From Pseudomonadota bacterium (GTDB taxonomy: Bacteria > Pseudomonadota > Gammaproteobacteria > Acidiferrobacterales > UBA6901), in contig JAJYCY010000008.1 in assembly GCA_021778035.1 (NCBI GenBank), forward strand, positions 612 to 64,611: a stretch of 64,000 nt of DNA. The letters are read 5' to 3'. The translations under genes and the position numbers were made by a program. The notes beneath the pieces were generated by a model, which was given only the letters and a program-made list of their open reading frames with translations, made no database searches and was not told the origin of the DNA. The number at the start of each line of letters is the position of its first letter. Positions within the stretch are counted from its first letter, which is position 1. Of the stretch, positions 39,810-48,775 are shown piece by piece.

Positions 39810-40856
39810 ATGCGTCCTTTGCACTTGTTTTCCATTCTGGACCGGGAATTTACCAGCACGCGGGAAGGTCACCATACACCAGTAATGCTATGGGGTCCTC
39901 CAGGTGTCGGAAAATCCCAGATCGTTGCGCAGGTTGCCCAGCGCCACCGCATTCCGGTGGTCGATATCCGGCTATCGCAGATGGAGCCAACCGATCTGCG
40001 CGGCATACCGTTCCGGGTCAATGATCTGGTTGAGTGGGCGGTGCCCGCGATGCTGCCGGACGCCACGCGCCATGGCAGTGCGGGCATCCTGTTTCTCGAC
40101 GAGATCACGTCAGCTGCGCCGACTGTTTCGGCAGCCGCATACCAGCTTATTCTCGACAGGCGCCTCGGCGCCTACCGGGTTCCCGACGGCTGGGCGATAT
40201 TCGCGGCCGGCAATCGCCAGGGAGACCGGGGCGTCACTTACAGCATGCCGGCGCCGCTTGCGAACCGCTTCTCGCATTTCGAAGTGGAGTCGCATCTGGA
40301 CGACTGGGTGACGTGGGCTTACGCCAGCGGAATCGATGAACGCGTGATTGCGTTCCTGCGGTTCCGGCCGGAGCTGTTGTTCGATTTCGACCCGGCTCAT
40401 AACCCGGTTGCATTTCCGAGCCCCCGTTCCTGGGAGTTTGCGCACCGTGCATTGCACAAGTTCGGGGACCGGCCGGAGCTGCTGCGCGGCGCGCTGCAGG
40501 CATGCATTGGTCCGGCAGCGGCCATCGAGCTTCAGGCGTTCATCGACAACCTGGATAATCTGCCTGACATCGATGCCATCATCGGCGGGGAAACCGTTCA
40601 GGTACCGCGCGAGACGGATCTCCAGTATGCAGTCGCCAGCGCTCTCGTTGGCCGGGCACTGCGTGTCCGCAACAGCGCCGACGAGAGCCGGGTCTACGGC
40701 CACATCCTCGACTACGCATCGCGCTTTCCACAGCGTGAAATGGGCGTGATGCTCGTGTCGGACATGCAGCGGGCGGTGGGACGCAAACTGTTTGCGCTGC
40801 CGCAGTTCGGCAGCTGGGCGAAGCAGATCGCGGATGTCATGCTGTTTGACATGTGA
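39810..40856 (+). CDS. MoxR/CobS-like AAA+ ATPase
   Basis: Trimmed to ATG 39810. Walker A GPPGVGKS (39894-39917). Walker B ILFLDEIT. Also AAGNRQGDRG and PLANRF. About 348 aa. Confidence 0.85.
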   Translation: MRPLHLFSILDREFTSTREGHHTPVMLWGPPGVGKSQIVAQVAQRHRIPVVDIRLSQMEPTDLRGIPFRVNDLVEWAVPAMLPDATRHGSAGILFLDEITSAAPTVSAAAYQLILDRRLGAYRVPDGWAIFAAGNRQGDRGVTYSMPAPLANRFSHFEVESHLDDWVTWAYASGIDERVIAFLRFRPELLFDFDPAHNPVAFPSPRSWEFAHRALHKFGDRPELLRGALQACIGPAAAIELQAFIDNLDNLPDIDAIIGGETVQVPRETDLQYAVASALVGRALRVRNSADESRVYGHILDYASRFPQREMGVMLVSDMQRAVGRKLFALPQFGSWAKQIADVMLFDM

Positions 40857-42100
40857 CTGCGATGCCGGCGGCAAATGACATTGAAACCAAGCTGGCTGCG
40901 GCGCGTGCGCGGCTTATCCTCGACAAGCCATTTCTCGGGGCGCTGGTACTGCGCCTGCCGGTCATTGCTGCTGATTCGGGGTGGTGCAGGACCACGGCGA
41001 CTGATGCCCGGGCCTTCTATTACAACAGCGAATATATCCGCGCCCTGAGCCTGGAGCAGACCCAGTTCGTGCTTGCGCACGAAGCGCTGCACTGTGCCCT
41101 TTCCCATTTCGTGCGCCGGCAGCACCGGGTAAAGCACCGCTGGGATCTTGCCTGTGACTACGCCGTGAATCCGCTGCTTGTGAAAGACGGTCTGACGCCA
41201 CCGCCCGGCGCCATGTCGTTTGACTGTTACGAAGGGATGACGGCCGAAGAGATCTATCCCTGCATTGAGGGAAATGATGAACAGGAGCCGATCGACCAGC
41301 ATATCTATGATGAGCCCGACAGTCGCGGCGATGGCAGATCCGCCGACGGACGCGCGGATCAGGGAGAAGGGAGCAGCCGGTCCGGTGACGCTCCGACTGA
41401 CGGCGGCAGCGCAAGCGAGTCCGGGGCCGGCAGCGACGGGGCTTCGATGCCCGAGCCCCTGAGCGAGGCGGAACGCGAAAAGATGGGTGTGCAGTGGCGC
41501 CAGCGTCTGGCCGGTGCTGCACAGCAGGCGATGCAGGCCGGAAAACTCACCGCATCGATGGCGCGCGTTGTTGACCACCTGCTTCAGCCGCAGCTTCCCT
41601 GGCGCATGATGCTCGCAAGGTACATGACCGCCACGGCCCGGGATGACTACAGCTTCACCAGGCCGTCGCGGCGGGAGGGGGCGGCAATCCTTCCGAGCCT
41701 GCGCAGCACCCAGATCGAACTCGCGGTCGTGCTCGATACCAGCGGATCGATCAGCGACAGCGAGATGCGCGAATTTCTGGCGGAGGTCAATTCGATAAAG
41801 GGGCAGATGCGCGCGCGAGTCGCGCTGCTCGCCTGCGACGACGCGCTCAATCCGCAATGCCCGTGGCGCTACGAGCCGTGGGAGGAGCTGGTATTGCCGC
41901 AGTCTCTGGAGGGTGGTGGCGGAACAAGCTTCGTCCCGCCTTTTGACTGGCTGAAGCTGCAGGATCGCCAGCCGGACCTGGTTCTCTATTTTACCGATGC
42001 CGAGGGAAAGTTTCCTGGCGAGATGCCGGTGTTTCCGGTGATCTGGCTGGTCAAGGGGAAAGCCCCGGTACCCTGGGGACAGAGGATCCAGCTCAACTAG
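40853..42100 (+). CDS. VWA-domain protein with N-terminal HExxH metallopeptidase-like domain (DUF2201-like)
   Basis: The GTG at 40853 overlaps the upstream stop (ATGTGA); an alternative ATG lies at 40862. HEALH at 41078-41092. Acidic D/G/S-rich linker (DEPDSRGDGRSADGRADQGEGSSRSGDAPTDGGSASESGAGSDG). MIDAS DTSGS at 41735-41749. Confidence 0.8.
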   Translation: MTAMPAANDIETKLAAARARLILDKPFLGALVLRLPVIAADSGWCRTTATDARAFYYNSEYIRALSLEQTQFVLAHEALHCALSHFVRRQHRVKHRWDLACDYAVNPLLVKDGLTPPPGAMSFDCYEGMTAEEIYPCIEGNDEQEPIDQHIYDEPDSRGDGRSADGRADQGEGSSRSGDAPTDGGSASESGAGSDGASMPEPLSEAEREKMGVQWRQRLAGAAQQAMQAGKLTASMARVVDHLLQPQLPWRMMLARYMTATARDDYSFTRPSRREGAAILPSLRSTQIELAVVLDTSGSISDSEMREFLAEVNSIKGQMRARVALLACDDALNPQCPWRYEPWEELVLPQSLEGGGGTSFVPPFDWLKLQDRQPDLVLYFTDAEGKFPGEMPVFPVIWLVKGKAPVPWGQRIQLN

Positions 42101-42138
42101 GAGTTCCGGCGGGTCGGTCTGCACCGCCGGGCAACGTC

Positions 42139-43266
42139 ATGCAACTGAGTGATGAAGACCACCTGCGCCTGAGTGTACTGCTCGCCAACCCGATCGAAGC
42201 AATCCGCGTTGACGAGCAGAACATGACCGTATACGGGCTTTATGGCCAGCAGGAAGCGAAGGTCAGGCTGAACCCGACGGGGCGCCCCGAGCAGTACCTG
42301 CGCTGCGTGCGCGAGCTGCTGTCCGGACATGCGCTTGGATCGCCGGGCGGTTACCCGGCGTTCCTGCAGCGCTGGACACGGATGGGCCAGGCCCGGGACG
42401 CGCGGCTGGCAGAACTTCTCATGCTGGGAGAACCGGAGGCGGTGGTGGCCGTTGCCGCTGCCAGCGGTCTGACCGATGAACTTGCCCGCCGCGCCTGGTG
42501 GGTTCTGCCTACCCCGGAAATTGCCCGCTGCATGCTGGCGCGCGAATGCGTGGTGCAGGGTGCCATGGGAAAGGTGCTCGCCGAGTATCTGGTGGAATAT
42601 CTGCCATTCGAGACCGAGCCATCGGCGATCGTTGCAACGGTGCGTCTGGTGCTGCAGCCCGGCCTGGTTGACGATGTGACGCGACGCAGGATCTGGGCGA
42701 GGGGTCATGGCAAGAACGTCTATTACCTCGGTTTCCTGGAAGCCACTCCCGATGTGCTTCCCGAACAGGCGCCAGCGCGTGGCGACATCGGACAGATACG
42801 GGAAATGCTGGATCCGCTGGCACAGGACGGCAATCCGTACGCATTGCATCTGCTGCGGGTGTTCAGTCAGCCCGGACAGAGTTTCATGGTTGTCTCGGAA
42901 CGCATCCTGCGCAGGCCTGCCAGCCAGGAAGCCGCGATCGCTGTCATGAACGTCATCGGCAGCTACTTCAGGGATTCGCAGCAGATCGATGAGCTGCCGC
43001 GCGAGATGGCCGTGGCCATCGACCGTGCACAGATGCAATACCGGCATGCGGCCGGCGGGCCGCTCGCGGAACTTGTGGTGGCGGCGCCGGCACTCGAACG
43101 GGAAATCATCGCGCTGCTGGTACTGTCGCAGGTGAGCGAAACCCTGCTGAATCCGATATTTTCGCACACTACCGCGGTCGGTTCCGTCATGGCTAAAAAG
43201 CTGCAGCCGGTAGTTGGCCCCATTCTCGATCAGTACGCGGTCCTGTGCGCGAGCTCCGGGGCCTAG
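42139..43266 (+). CDS. Hypothetical 375-aa soluble, predicted all-alpha protein (orphan; third gene of the AAA+/VWA operon)
   Basis: Uninterrupted ORF with GC3-rich codons, on the same strand 38 nt after the VWA gene. No TM segment, signal peptide or catalytic motif recognised (MQLSDEDHLRLSVLLANPIEAIRVDEQNMTVYGLYG...). Confidence 0.6.
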   Translation: MQLSDEDHLRLSVLLANPIEAIRVDEQNMTVYGLYGQQEAKVRLNPTGRPEQYLRCVRELLSGHALGSPGGYPAFLQRWTRMGQARDARLAELLMLGEPEAVVAVAAASGLTDELARRAWWVLPTPEIARCMLARECVVQGAMGKVLAEYLVEYLPFETEPSAIVATVRLVLQPGLVDDVTRRRIWARGHGKNVYYLGFLEATPDVLPEQAPARGDIGQIREMLDPLAQDGNPYALHLLRVFSQPGQSFMVVSERILRRPASQEAAIAVMNVIGSYFRDSQQIDELPREMAVAIDRAQMQYRHAAGGPLAELVVAAPALEREIIALLVLSQVSETLLNPIFSHTTAVGSVMAKKLQPVVGPILDQYAVLCASSGA

Positions 43267-43268
43267 GC

Positions 43269-44162
43269 CTAGCTGCCGCTTTCTTTGCCTGGGCTGGCCA
43301 GGCAGGCGGCCAGACCCGTCCGCAGGTCCGGATATAGCAGTTGCACACCCAGTTCCTCGATCATCCTGCGGTTGCTGATGCGCCGGGACTCATCGATATA
43401 GGAAAGCAGATCGGCGCTGAGAAAGCGCCCGGCCTCGCTGCGGTTCACCACCGGGGGACGCTGCAGACCCAGGCAGTCCGCCACGCTGTTGAAGTATTCC
43501 GTCATGGTCCCTGGCCTTCCGTCGCTCGCATTATATATGGTATCCGCCTGTCCACGCTCGCCTGCTGCCACGCAGGCGCGGGCCAGATCGTCGGCATGGA
43601 TGCGGTTTGAAAAGCCGCACTCGGATTCCCGCACCACCGGACGGCGTGCGCGGACGGCATCGAGCGGAAGACGTCCCGGTCCGTATATGCCGGGAACGCG
43701 CAGGATGATGACTGCAACACCATACCTCCTGCCCCATGCACGCAGCGCGTTTTCTGCATCCAGCCGTCGCCGGCCCCTGGGGGTCTTCGGGTCAACCGCG
43801 GCGTGCTCGTCGACCCAGGCTCCGTGGCAGTCACCGTAGACGCCCGTGGTGCTGAGATACACAGTCGTCCCGGGAGCCGGTTTTCGCGATAAAGCATCCA
43901 GGAAGGCGTGCATGCGGGGATCGGTCTGCCCTGCCGGGGGAGGCGGGGCAAGGTAGTAGACCAGCTGGCCGGCAACATCCAGACCGGCCAGAGACTCTGG
44001 CTGGTCCAGATCGCCGGATACCGGCTCGATGCCCGCCGCCCGCAGACGCGCTGCGGCTGCGGCGCTCCGTGCCAGCGCGGTCACCGTTAACCCCCGGGCC
44101 TGCCACAGCGCGGCAACCCGCAGACCGATGTCTCCGCACCCGATGACTGTCACGCCGTTCAT
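43269..44162 (-). CDS. NAD(P)-dependent epimerase/dehydratase-family (SDR) oxidoreductase
   Basis: N-terminal Rossmann motif VTVIGCGDIGLRVA. 297 aa. Convergent with the orphan gene, with stops 2 nt apart. Confidence 0.8.
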   Translation of the reverse strand: MNGVTVIGCGDIGLRVAALWQARGLTVTALARSAAAAARLRAAGIEPVSGDLDQPESLAGLDVAGQLVYYLAPPPPAGQTDPRMHAFLDALSRKPAPGTTVYLSTTGVYGDCHGAWVDEHAAVDPKTPRGRRRLDAENALRAWGRRYGVAVIILRVPGIYGPGRLPLDAVRARRPVVRESECGFSNRIHADDLARACVAAGERGQADTIYNASDGRPGTMTEYFNSVADCLGLQRPPVVNRSEAGRFLSADLLSYIDESRRISNRRMIEELGVQLLYPDLRTGLAACLASPGKESGS

Positions 44163-44309
44163 GCAATCGCTGTCTGTCGTCGCCGAAGCCGCTGCAATAG
44201 GGTGAGCGTATCATCAAGCGGCCCGCAGGCGGAATGGCGCGCCGCTGAGTCCCGGTTCCGGGAATGTGGCATCATTACCGCTGCACACGCGCAGTCGCCG
44301 GGGGGAGAC

Positions 44310-46862
44310 ATGCCGCAGATCGAAGAGCCTACTCGCCCGACCGGGCTACCCCTGGAGGAGGCGGTGGCGCGGCTCGCCGCGGATGGTTACAACGAGTTGC
44401 CATCGGCGCGCCGTCGTAGCGTCCTTCAGATTTCCCTCGGTGTGGCGCGCGAACCGATGTTCGTGCTGCTGCTTGCCTGCGGCACCACCTATCTGGTGCT
44501 CGGTGATGTACGTGAAGCGGTCATGCTCCTGTTTTTCGTCGGAGTCGTGATCGGCATAACGCTCTACCAGGAGGATAAAACAGAACACGCGCTCGACGCG
44601 CTGCGCAACCTGTCGAGTCCGCGCGCCGTCGTCATCCGCGCCGGCGAGGCGCAGCGTATACCGGGCCGCGAGGTCGTGCGCGGAGACATTCTGGTGCTCG
44701 CGGAAGGCGATCGTATCGCGGCCGACGCGTGCCTGCTCTCCGCCATCAGCTTCGAGACTGATGAATCCCTGCTTACCGGAGAGTCGCTTCCGGTACGCAA
44801 GCGCGAACCGGATCCGGCTGCCGCCCGGCCCGCCTGCTCCGGCGCGAACGATGATTCCTGTGTCTATGCGGGCACCATGGTCGTGCGCGGCAATGCCATC
44901 GCCGAAGTGCAGGCGGTAGGAACGGGCACGCGGGTCGGCCGCATCGGCCGGGCCATGCAGACGCTTGAGCAGCAGGACACCCCGCTGCAGCGAGAAATGG
45001 CACGGCTGGTGCGGATCGTTGCCGTGCTGGGCGCAGTCCTCTGCGTCACGGTGGTCGTCGCATACGGACTAAGCCGCGGAGACTGGTTGCACGGGCTGCT
45101 CTCCGGTCTCGCGATGGCGATGGCGGTTCTTCCGGAAGAATTTCCGGTGGTGCTCGCCGTATTTTTGGCTCTGGGTGCCTGGCGTATTTCCCGCCGCGGG
45201 GTCCTTACGCGCCGGATGGCGGCTGTGGAACTGCTCGGGGCCGCAACGGTGCTGTGTGTCGACAAGACCGGCACGCTTACCCAGAACCGCATGTCGGTCA
45301 GAAAGCTCTGGACCGCGAGCGGCAGCTGCGAACTGGACACCCCGCATGCGGCCCTGGCAGAGCCGTTTCATGAACTGGTCGAGTACGCGATCCTTGCAAG
45401 CCAGCGTGACCCGTTTGATCCGATGGAACAGGCGATGCGGGGACTGGGAACTGCGATGCTGGGCGGAACCGAACATCTGCATGATGACTGGGAACTGGTG
45501 CGCGAGTACCCCCTCTCGAAGGAACTGCTGGCCCTGTCACACGTCTGGCGTGCGCGTGACGACAGCCGCTACACGGTCGCGGCCAAGGGTGCACCGGAAG
45601 CGATTGCAGATCTCTGTCATCTTGGCGAAGCGCGCACGCGCAGGCTCATGGATGACGTGATCGGGCTGGCAGCGGAGGGCCTGCGGGTGATCGCGGTGGC
45701 GAAAGCCCAGTTCCGGAGGCCGGATCTTCCCAGTGGGCAGCACGATTATGAATTCCAGCTGGTTGGGCTGGTCGGCCTCGCAGACCCGGTGCGTGCGTCC
45801 GTACCGGCGGCGGTAGCTGCGTGCCGCGAGGCCGGCATACGCATCATCATGATCACCGGTGACTATCCGGTAACGGCCCGCAGTGTCGCCCGGCAGATCG
45901 GTCTCGTTCCGGCGGACAGGGTCATCAGTGGAACGGAGCTTGACCGGATGGGGGATCCGGACCTCGAGACGCAGGTCCGCAACGTCGGCGTGTTCGCGCG
46001 TGTGTCTCCGGAACAGAAGCTGCGCCTGGTGCAGGCGCTCAGGGCGAACGGCGAAATCGTTGCGATGACCGGAGACGGAGTCAATGACGGTCCGGCGCTC
46101 AAGGCTGCACACATCGGCGTGGCGATGGGCGGGCACGGCACCGATGTGGCGCGCGAGGCGGCGGGTCTGGTGCTGGTGGATGATGACTTTTCCTCTCTCG
46201 TCCACGCGGTAGGTACCGGTCGCCGTATTTCGGACAACCTGCGCAAGGCGATGGCGTACATCATCGCAGTGCACGTGCCGATCGCCGGTCTGTCCCTGAT
46301 CCCGGTCCTGCTCGGATGGTCACCGCTGCTGATGCCGGTGCACATCGTGTTTCTGCAGCTTGTGATCGATCCTACCTGTTCCGTGGTATTTGAAGCCCAG
46401 GATGCCGAAGCCGACGTGATGCGGCGACCGCCGCGCGATCCCGGTGCAGGGCTGTTCGGCCGCCGGGCAATCGCGCTCAGTGTACTCCAGGGATCAGTGG
46501 TGCTGGCAGTGGTGGTCGGCATGACCGGGTTCGCGAGGCATCAGGGGTTGGGTGAAGAGCAGATACGTACACTGGGTTTTGTCACGCTGGTCATATCGAA
46601 TCTGGCGCTGATTCTTGCCAATCTCTCCTGGTCGCGGCCGGCACTCGCCGCTCTGCGGTCATCCGGCGCCGCGCTCCGGGGCGTCACCGCCGGGACCCTG
46701 GCCATCCTCGCCGCCGTAGTCTACGTTCCGGAGCTGAACAGCCTGTTCCGGCTCGGGCCGCTCGGAGGCCCTTATCTGCTGGCGGCGGCCGCCGCCGGCG
46801 TAGCCAGCGTGCTCTGGTTCGAGCTTTACAAGTGGTGGCGCCGGCCAAAACCTGTCTCCTAG
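44310..46862 (+). CDS. Cation-transporting P-type ATPase (type II-like)
   Basis: Trimmed to ATG 44310 with SD GGGGGGAG. N-terminal cation-ATPase domain LEEAVARLAADGYNELP. Phosphorylation site DKTGTLT. Hinge TGDGVNDGPALK. Confidence 0.9.
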   Translation: MPQIEEPTRPTGLPLEEAVARLAADGYNELPSARRRSVLQISLGVAREPMFVLLLACGTTYLVLGDVREAVMLLFFVGVVIGITLYQEDKTEHALDALRNLSSPRAVVIRAGEAQRIPGREVVRGDILVLAEGDRIAADACLLSAISFETDESLLTGESLPVRKREPDPAAARPACSGANDDSCVYAGTMVVRGNAIAEVQAVGTGTRVGRIGRAMQTLEQQDTPLQREMARLVRIVAVLGAVLCVTVVVAYGLSRGDWLHGLLSGLAMAMAVLPEEFPVVLAVFLALGAWRISRRGVLTRRMAAVELLGAATVLCVDKTGTLTQNRMSVRKLWTASGSCELDTPHAALAEPFHELVEYAILASQRDPFDPMEQAMRGLGTAMLGGTEHLHDDWELVREYPLSKELLALSHVWRARDDSRYTVAAKGAPEAIADLCHLGEARTRRLMDDVIGLAAEGLRVIAVAKAQFRRPDLPSGQHDYEFQLVGLVGLADPVRASVPAAVAACREAGIRIIMITGDYPVTARSVARQIGLVPADRVISGTELDRMGDPDLETQVRNVGVFARVSPEQKLRLVQALRANGEIVAMTGDGVNDGPALKAAHIGVAMGGHGTDVAREAAGLVLVDDDFSSLVHAVGTGRRISDNLRKAMAYIIAVHVPIAGLSLIPVLLGWSPLLMPVHIVFLQLVIDPTCSVVFEAQDAEADVMRRPPRDPGAGLFGRRAIALSVLQGSVVLAVVVGMTGFARHQGLGEEQIRTLGFVTLVISNLALILANLSWSRPALAALRSSGAALRGVTAGTLAILAAVVYVPELNSLFRLGPLGGPYLLAAAAAGVASVLWFELYKWWRRPKPVS

Positions 46863-47091
46863 GCGCTGACGCCCGGGCAGGCCGGTAATGCCCCCGCACA
46901 AAGCATCGGCCGGTCCTTGCACTCAGTCCCGCCTTCATCTGCGGGGCGTGGCAGGGCTTGTGCGGCACAGGCCCGTCCGGCCGGAATGCGGCAGACGGTC
47001 AGGCATTTGGAGTGTTCAGCAGTTCCGCGGAATCTGCCTATAATCGCCCCTCAGGCCCCGAGGGGGCCACCGGAGATACCGGCACCGTACC

Positions 47092-48129
47092 ATGTCATTT
47101 CTGGACAGCTGGAACGAAGAACAGCAGTCATCGTATCTGTACCGGGTGATGGCCCAGGTCGAAGCCAATCCGGCCAGGTCGGCGCTTTTTGAAAACCTTG
47201 CGCGCGCGGCGGATGCCCAGGCGCAGATCTGGATGGAGCGGATACGGGGCAGTGGTGGTTCTCCACCCCCGGCCTTCCGGCCTTCGTTCAGGGCCCGTCT
47301 GACAGCGTATCTGGTCCGTCGCATAGGACCACGCCGGCTGCGTCCGGTGCTGGCGGCGCTCAAGGTGCGCGGGATGTCGATCTACACTTCATCAGCGCCG
47401 GTTTCCGGTCATCCCATGCCGGTTTCCGTCGAGGATATCGGGCACCGGCATAAAGGCGTCAGCGGCGGCAAGCTCCGGGCAGCAGTATTCGGGATCAATG
47501 ACGGACTGGTTTCGAACACCAGCCTGATTATGGGCGTGGCCGGCGCTGCCGCCAGTGGCAGATTCATTCTTCTGTCCGGCATTGCCGGGCTGCTCGCCGG
47601 CGCGTTCTCTATGGCCGCGGGGGAATATGTCTCGATGCGCTCCCAGCGCGAGATGTACGAATACCAGATCGGTCTCGAACGCGAGGAGCTGGAGGAGTAT
47701 CCGGAAGAAGAGGCCGAAGAGCTGGCGCTGATCTACAGCGCCCGCGGCCTGTCGCTTGATGAAGCGCGCCGCGTAGCGCGCGAAATGGTCAGCAACCGCG
47801 AGCATGCCATCGATGCGCTGGCGCGCGAGGAGCTCGGACTGAATCCCGATGACCTCGGTTCTCCGGTGGGAGCAGCTGTATGGTCATTTGCGGCGTTTGC
47901 CGTCGGCAGCGTGGTACCCCTGGTGCCGTTCCTGCTCGGGGCCGGCAGCCATGCCCTGTGGACCAGCGCCGCGCTGGCGGCAGTGTCTCTGTTCGCCGTC
48001 GGCACGCTGCTCAGCCTGTTTACCGGGCGCCATGCCTGGCGAAGCGGGCTGCGCATGGTGATCCTGGGCGCGGCCGCTGCTGCCAGCACTTTCGTGATCG
48101 GAAAAGCACTGGGGGTGGCCCTGTCGTGA
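47092..48129 (+). CDS. VIT1/CCC1-family iron/manganese transporter with N-terminal ferritin-like helical domain
   Basis: The C-terminal VIT domain begins LRAAVFGINDGLVSNTSLIMGVAGA. The N-terminal ~100 aa are helical (EEQQSSYLYRVMAQVE...ADAQAQIWMERI). A TATAAT lies at 47039-47044 upstream. Confidence 0.8.
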   Translation: MSFLDSWNEEQQSSYLYRVMAQVEANPARSALFENLARAADAQAQIWMERIRGSGGSPPPAFRPSFRARLTAYLVRRIGPRRLRPVLAALKVRGMSIYTSSAPVSGHPMPVSVEDIGHRHKGVSGGKLRAAVFGINDGLVSNTSLIMGVAGAAASGRFILLSGIAGLLAGAFSMAAGEYVSMRSQREMYEYQIGLEREELEEYPEEEAEELALIYSARGLSLDEARRVAREMVSNREHAIDALAREELGLNPDDLGSPVGAAVWSFAAFAVGSVVPLVPFLLGAGSHALWTSAALAAVSLFAVGTLLSLFTGRHAWRSGLRMVILGAAAAASTFVIGKALGVALS

Positions 48130-48240
48130 CAGTCCGTGGCGCGGGGTCGCGACGGCAAGCCGGGGTCGCGCGGGAGCAGGGAACCATGCCAGTCATGGAC
48201 CGGGATGAATGTTGTCGGGCTCGTTTCGCGGGAGAAAACA

Positions 48241-48648
48241 GTGATCAGAAAGCTGAGCATCGCAACCGGCAGACAGGGACTGCACGAAATCACTCCGGCG
48301 GTCGAAAGCGTGGTGCGCCAGGAAGGTGTGAGAGAAGGGCTGTGCACGATCTTCGTCCAGCATACGTCAGCGAGCCTGCTGGTGCAGGAAAACGCCGACC
48401 CGGCCGTCTGCTATGATCTCGAGCAGTGGCTGAACCGCCTTGTGCCCGAGGATGTCGGGCTTTACACCCACGGCTCGGAGGGTCCGGAGGACATGCCGGC
48501 ACACATCAAATCCACCCTGACCGCGAACAGCGTCTGCGTGCCGATCATCGATGGCAGTCTTGGTCTTGGAAAGTGGCAGGGAATTTTTCTGTGGGAGCAC
48601 CGCAATCACCGGGACTCGCGGCAGATCATCGTGCACATCCAGGCCTAG
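48241..48648 (+). CDS. yjbQ: YjbQ/UPF0047-family protein (secondary thiamine-phosphate synthase-like)
   Basis: ORF 48136..48648 trimmed to GTG 48241 with SD GGGAG 6 nt upstream, giving the usual ~135 aa. ...CTIFVQHTSASLLVQENADP...MPAHIKSTL...GKWQGIFLWEHR. Confidence 0.8.
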   Translation: MIRKLSIATGRQGLHEITPAVESVVRQEGVREGLCTIFVQHTSASLLVQENADPAVCYDLEQWLNRLVPEDVGLYTHGSEGPEDMPAHIKSTLTANSVCVPIIDGSLGLGKWQGIFLWEHRNHRDSRQIIVHIQA

Positions 48649-48775
48649 TGCGGACACAGCGGTGCCCGCGGGAATTGTCAACGGTCGATAGAGCGATATA
48701 GGATAACGGCTTTCCTGAAAGAAGGTTTGCCGATGGAAGCGCCGCCCCAAAGCGCATGGGGACAAAGGTGGCAAT

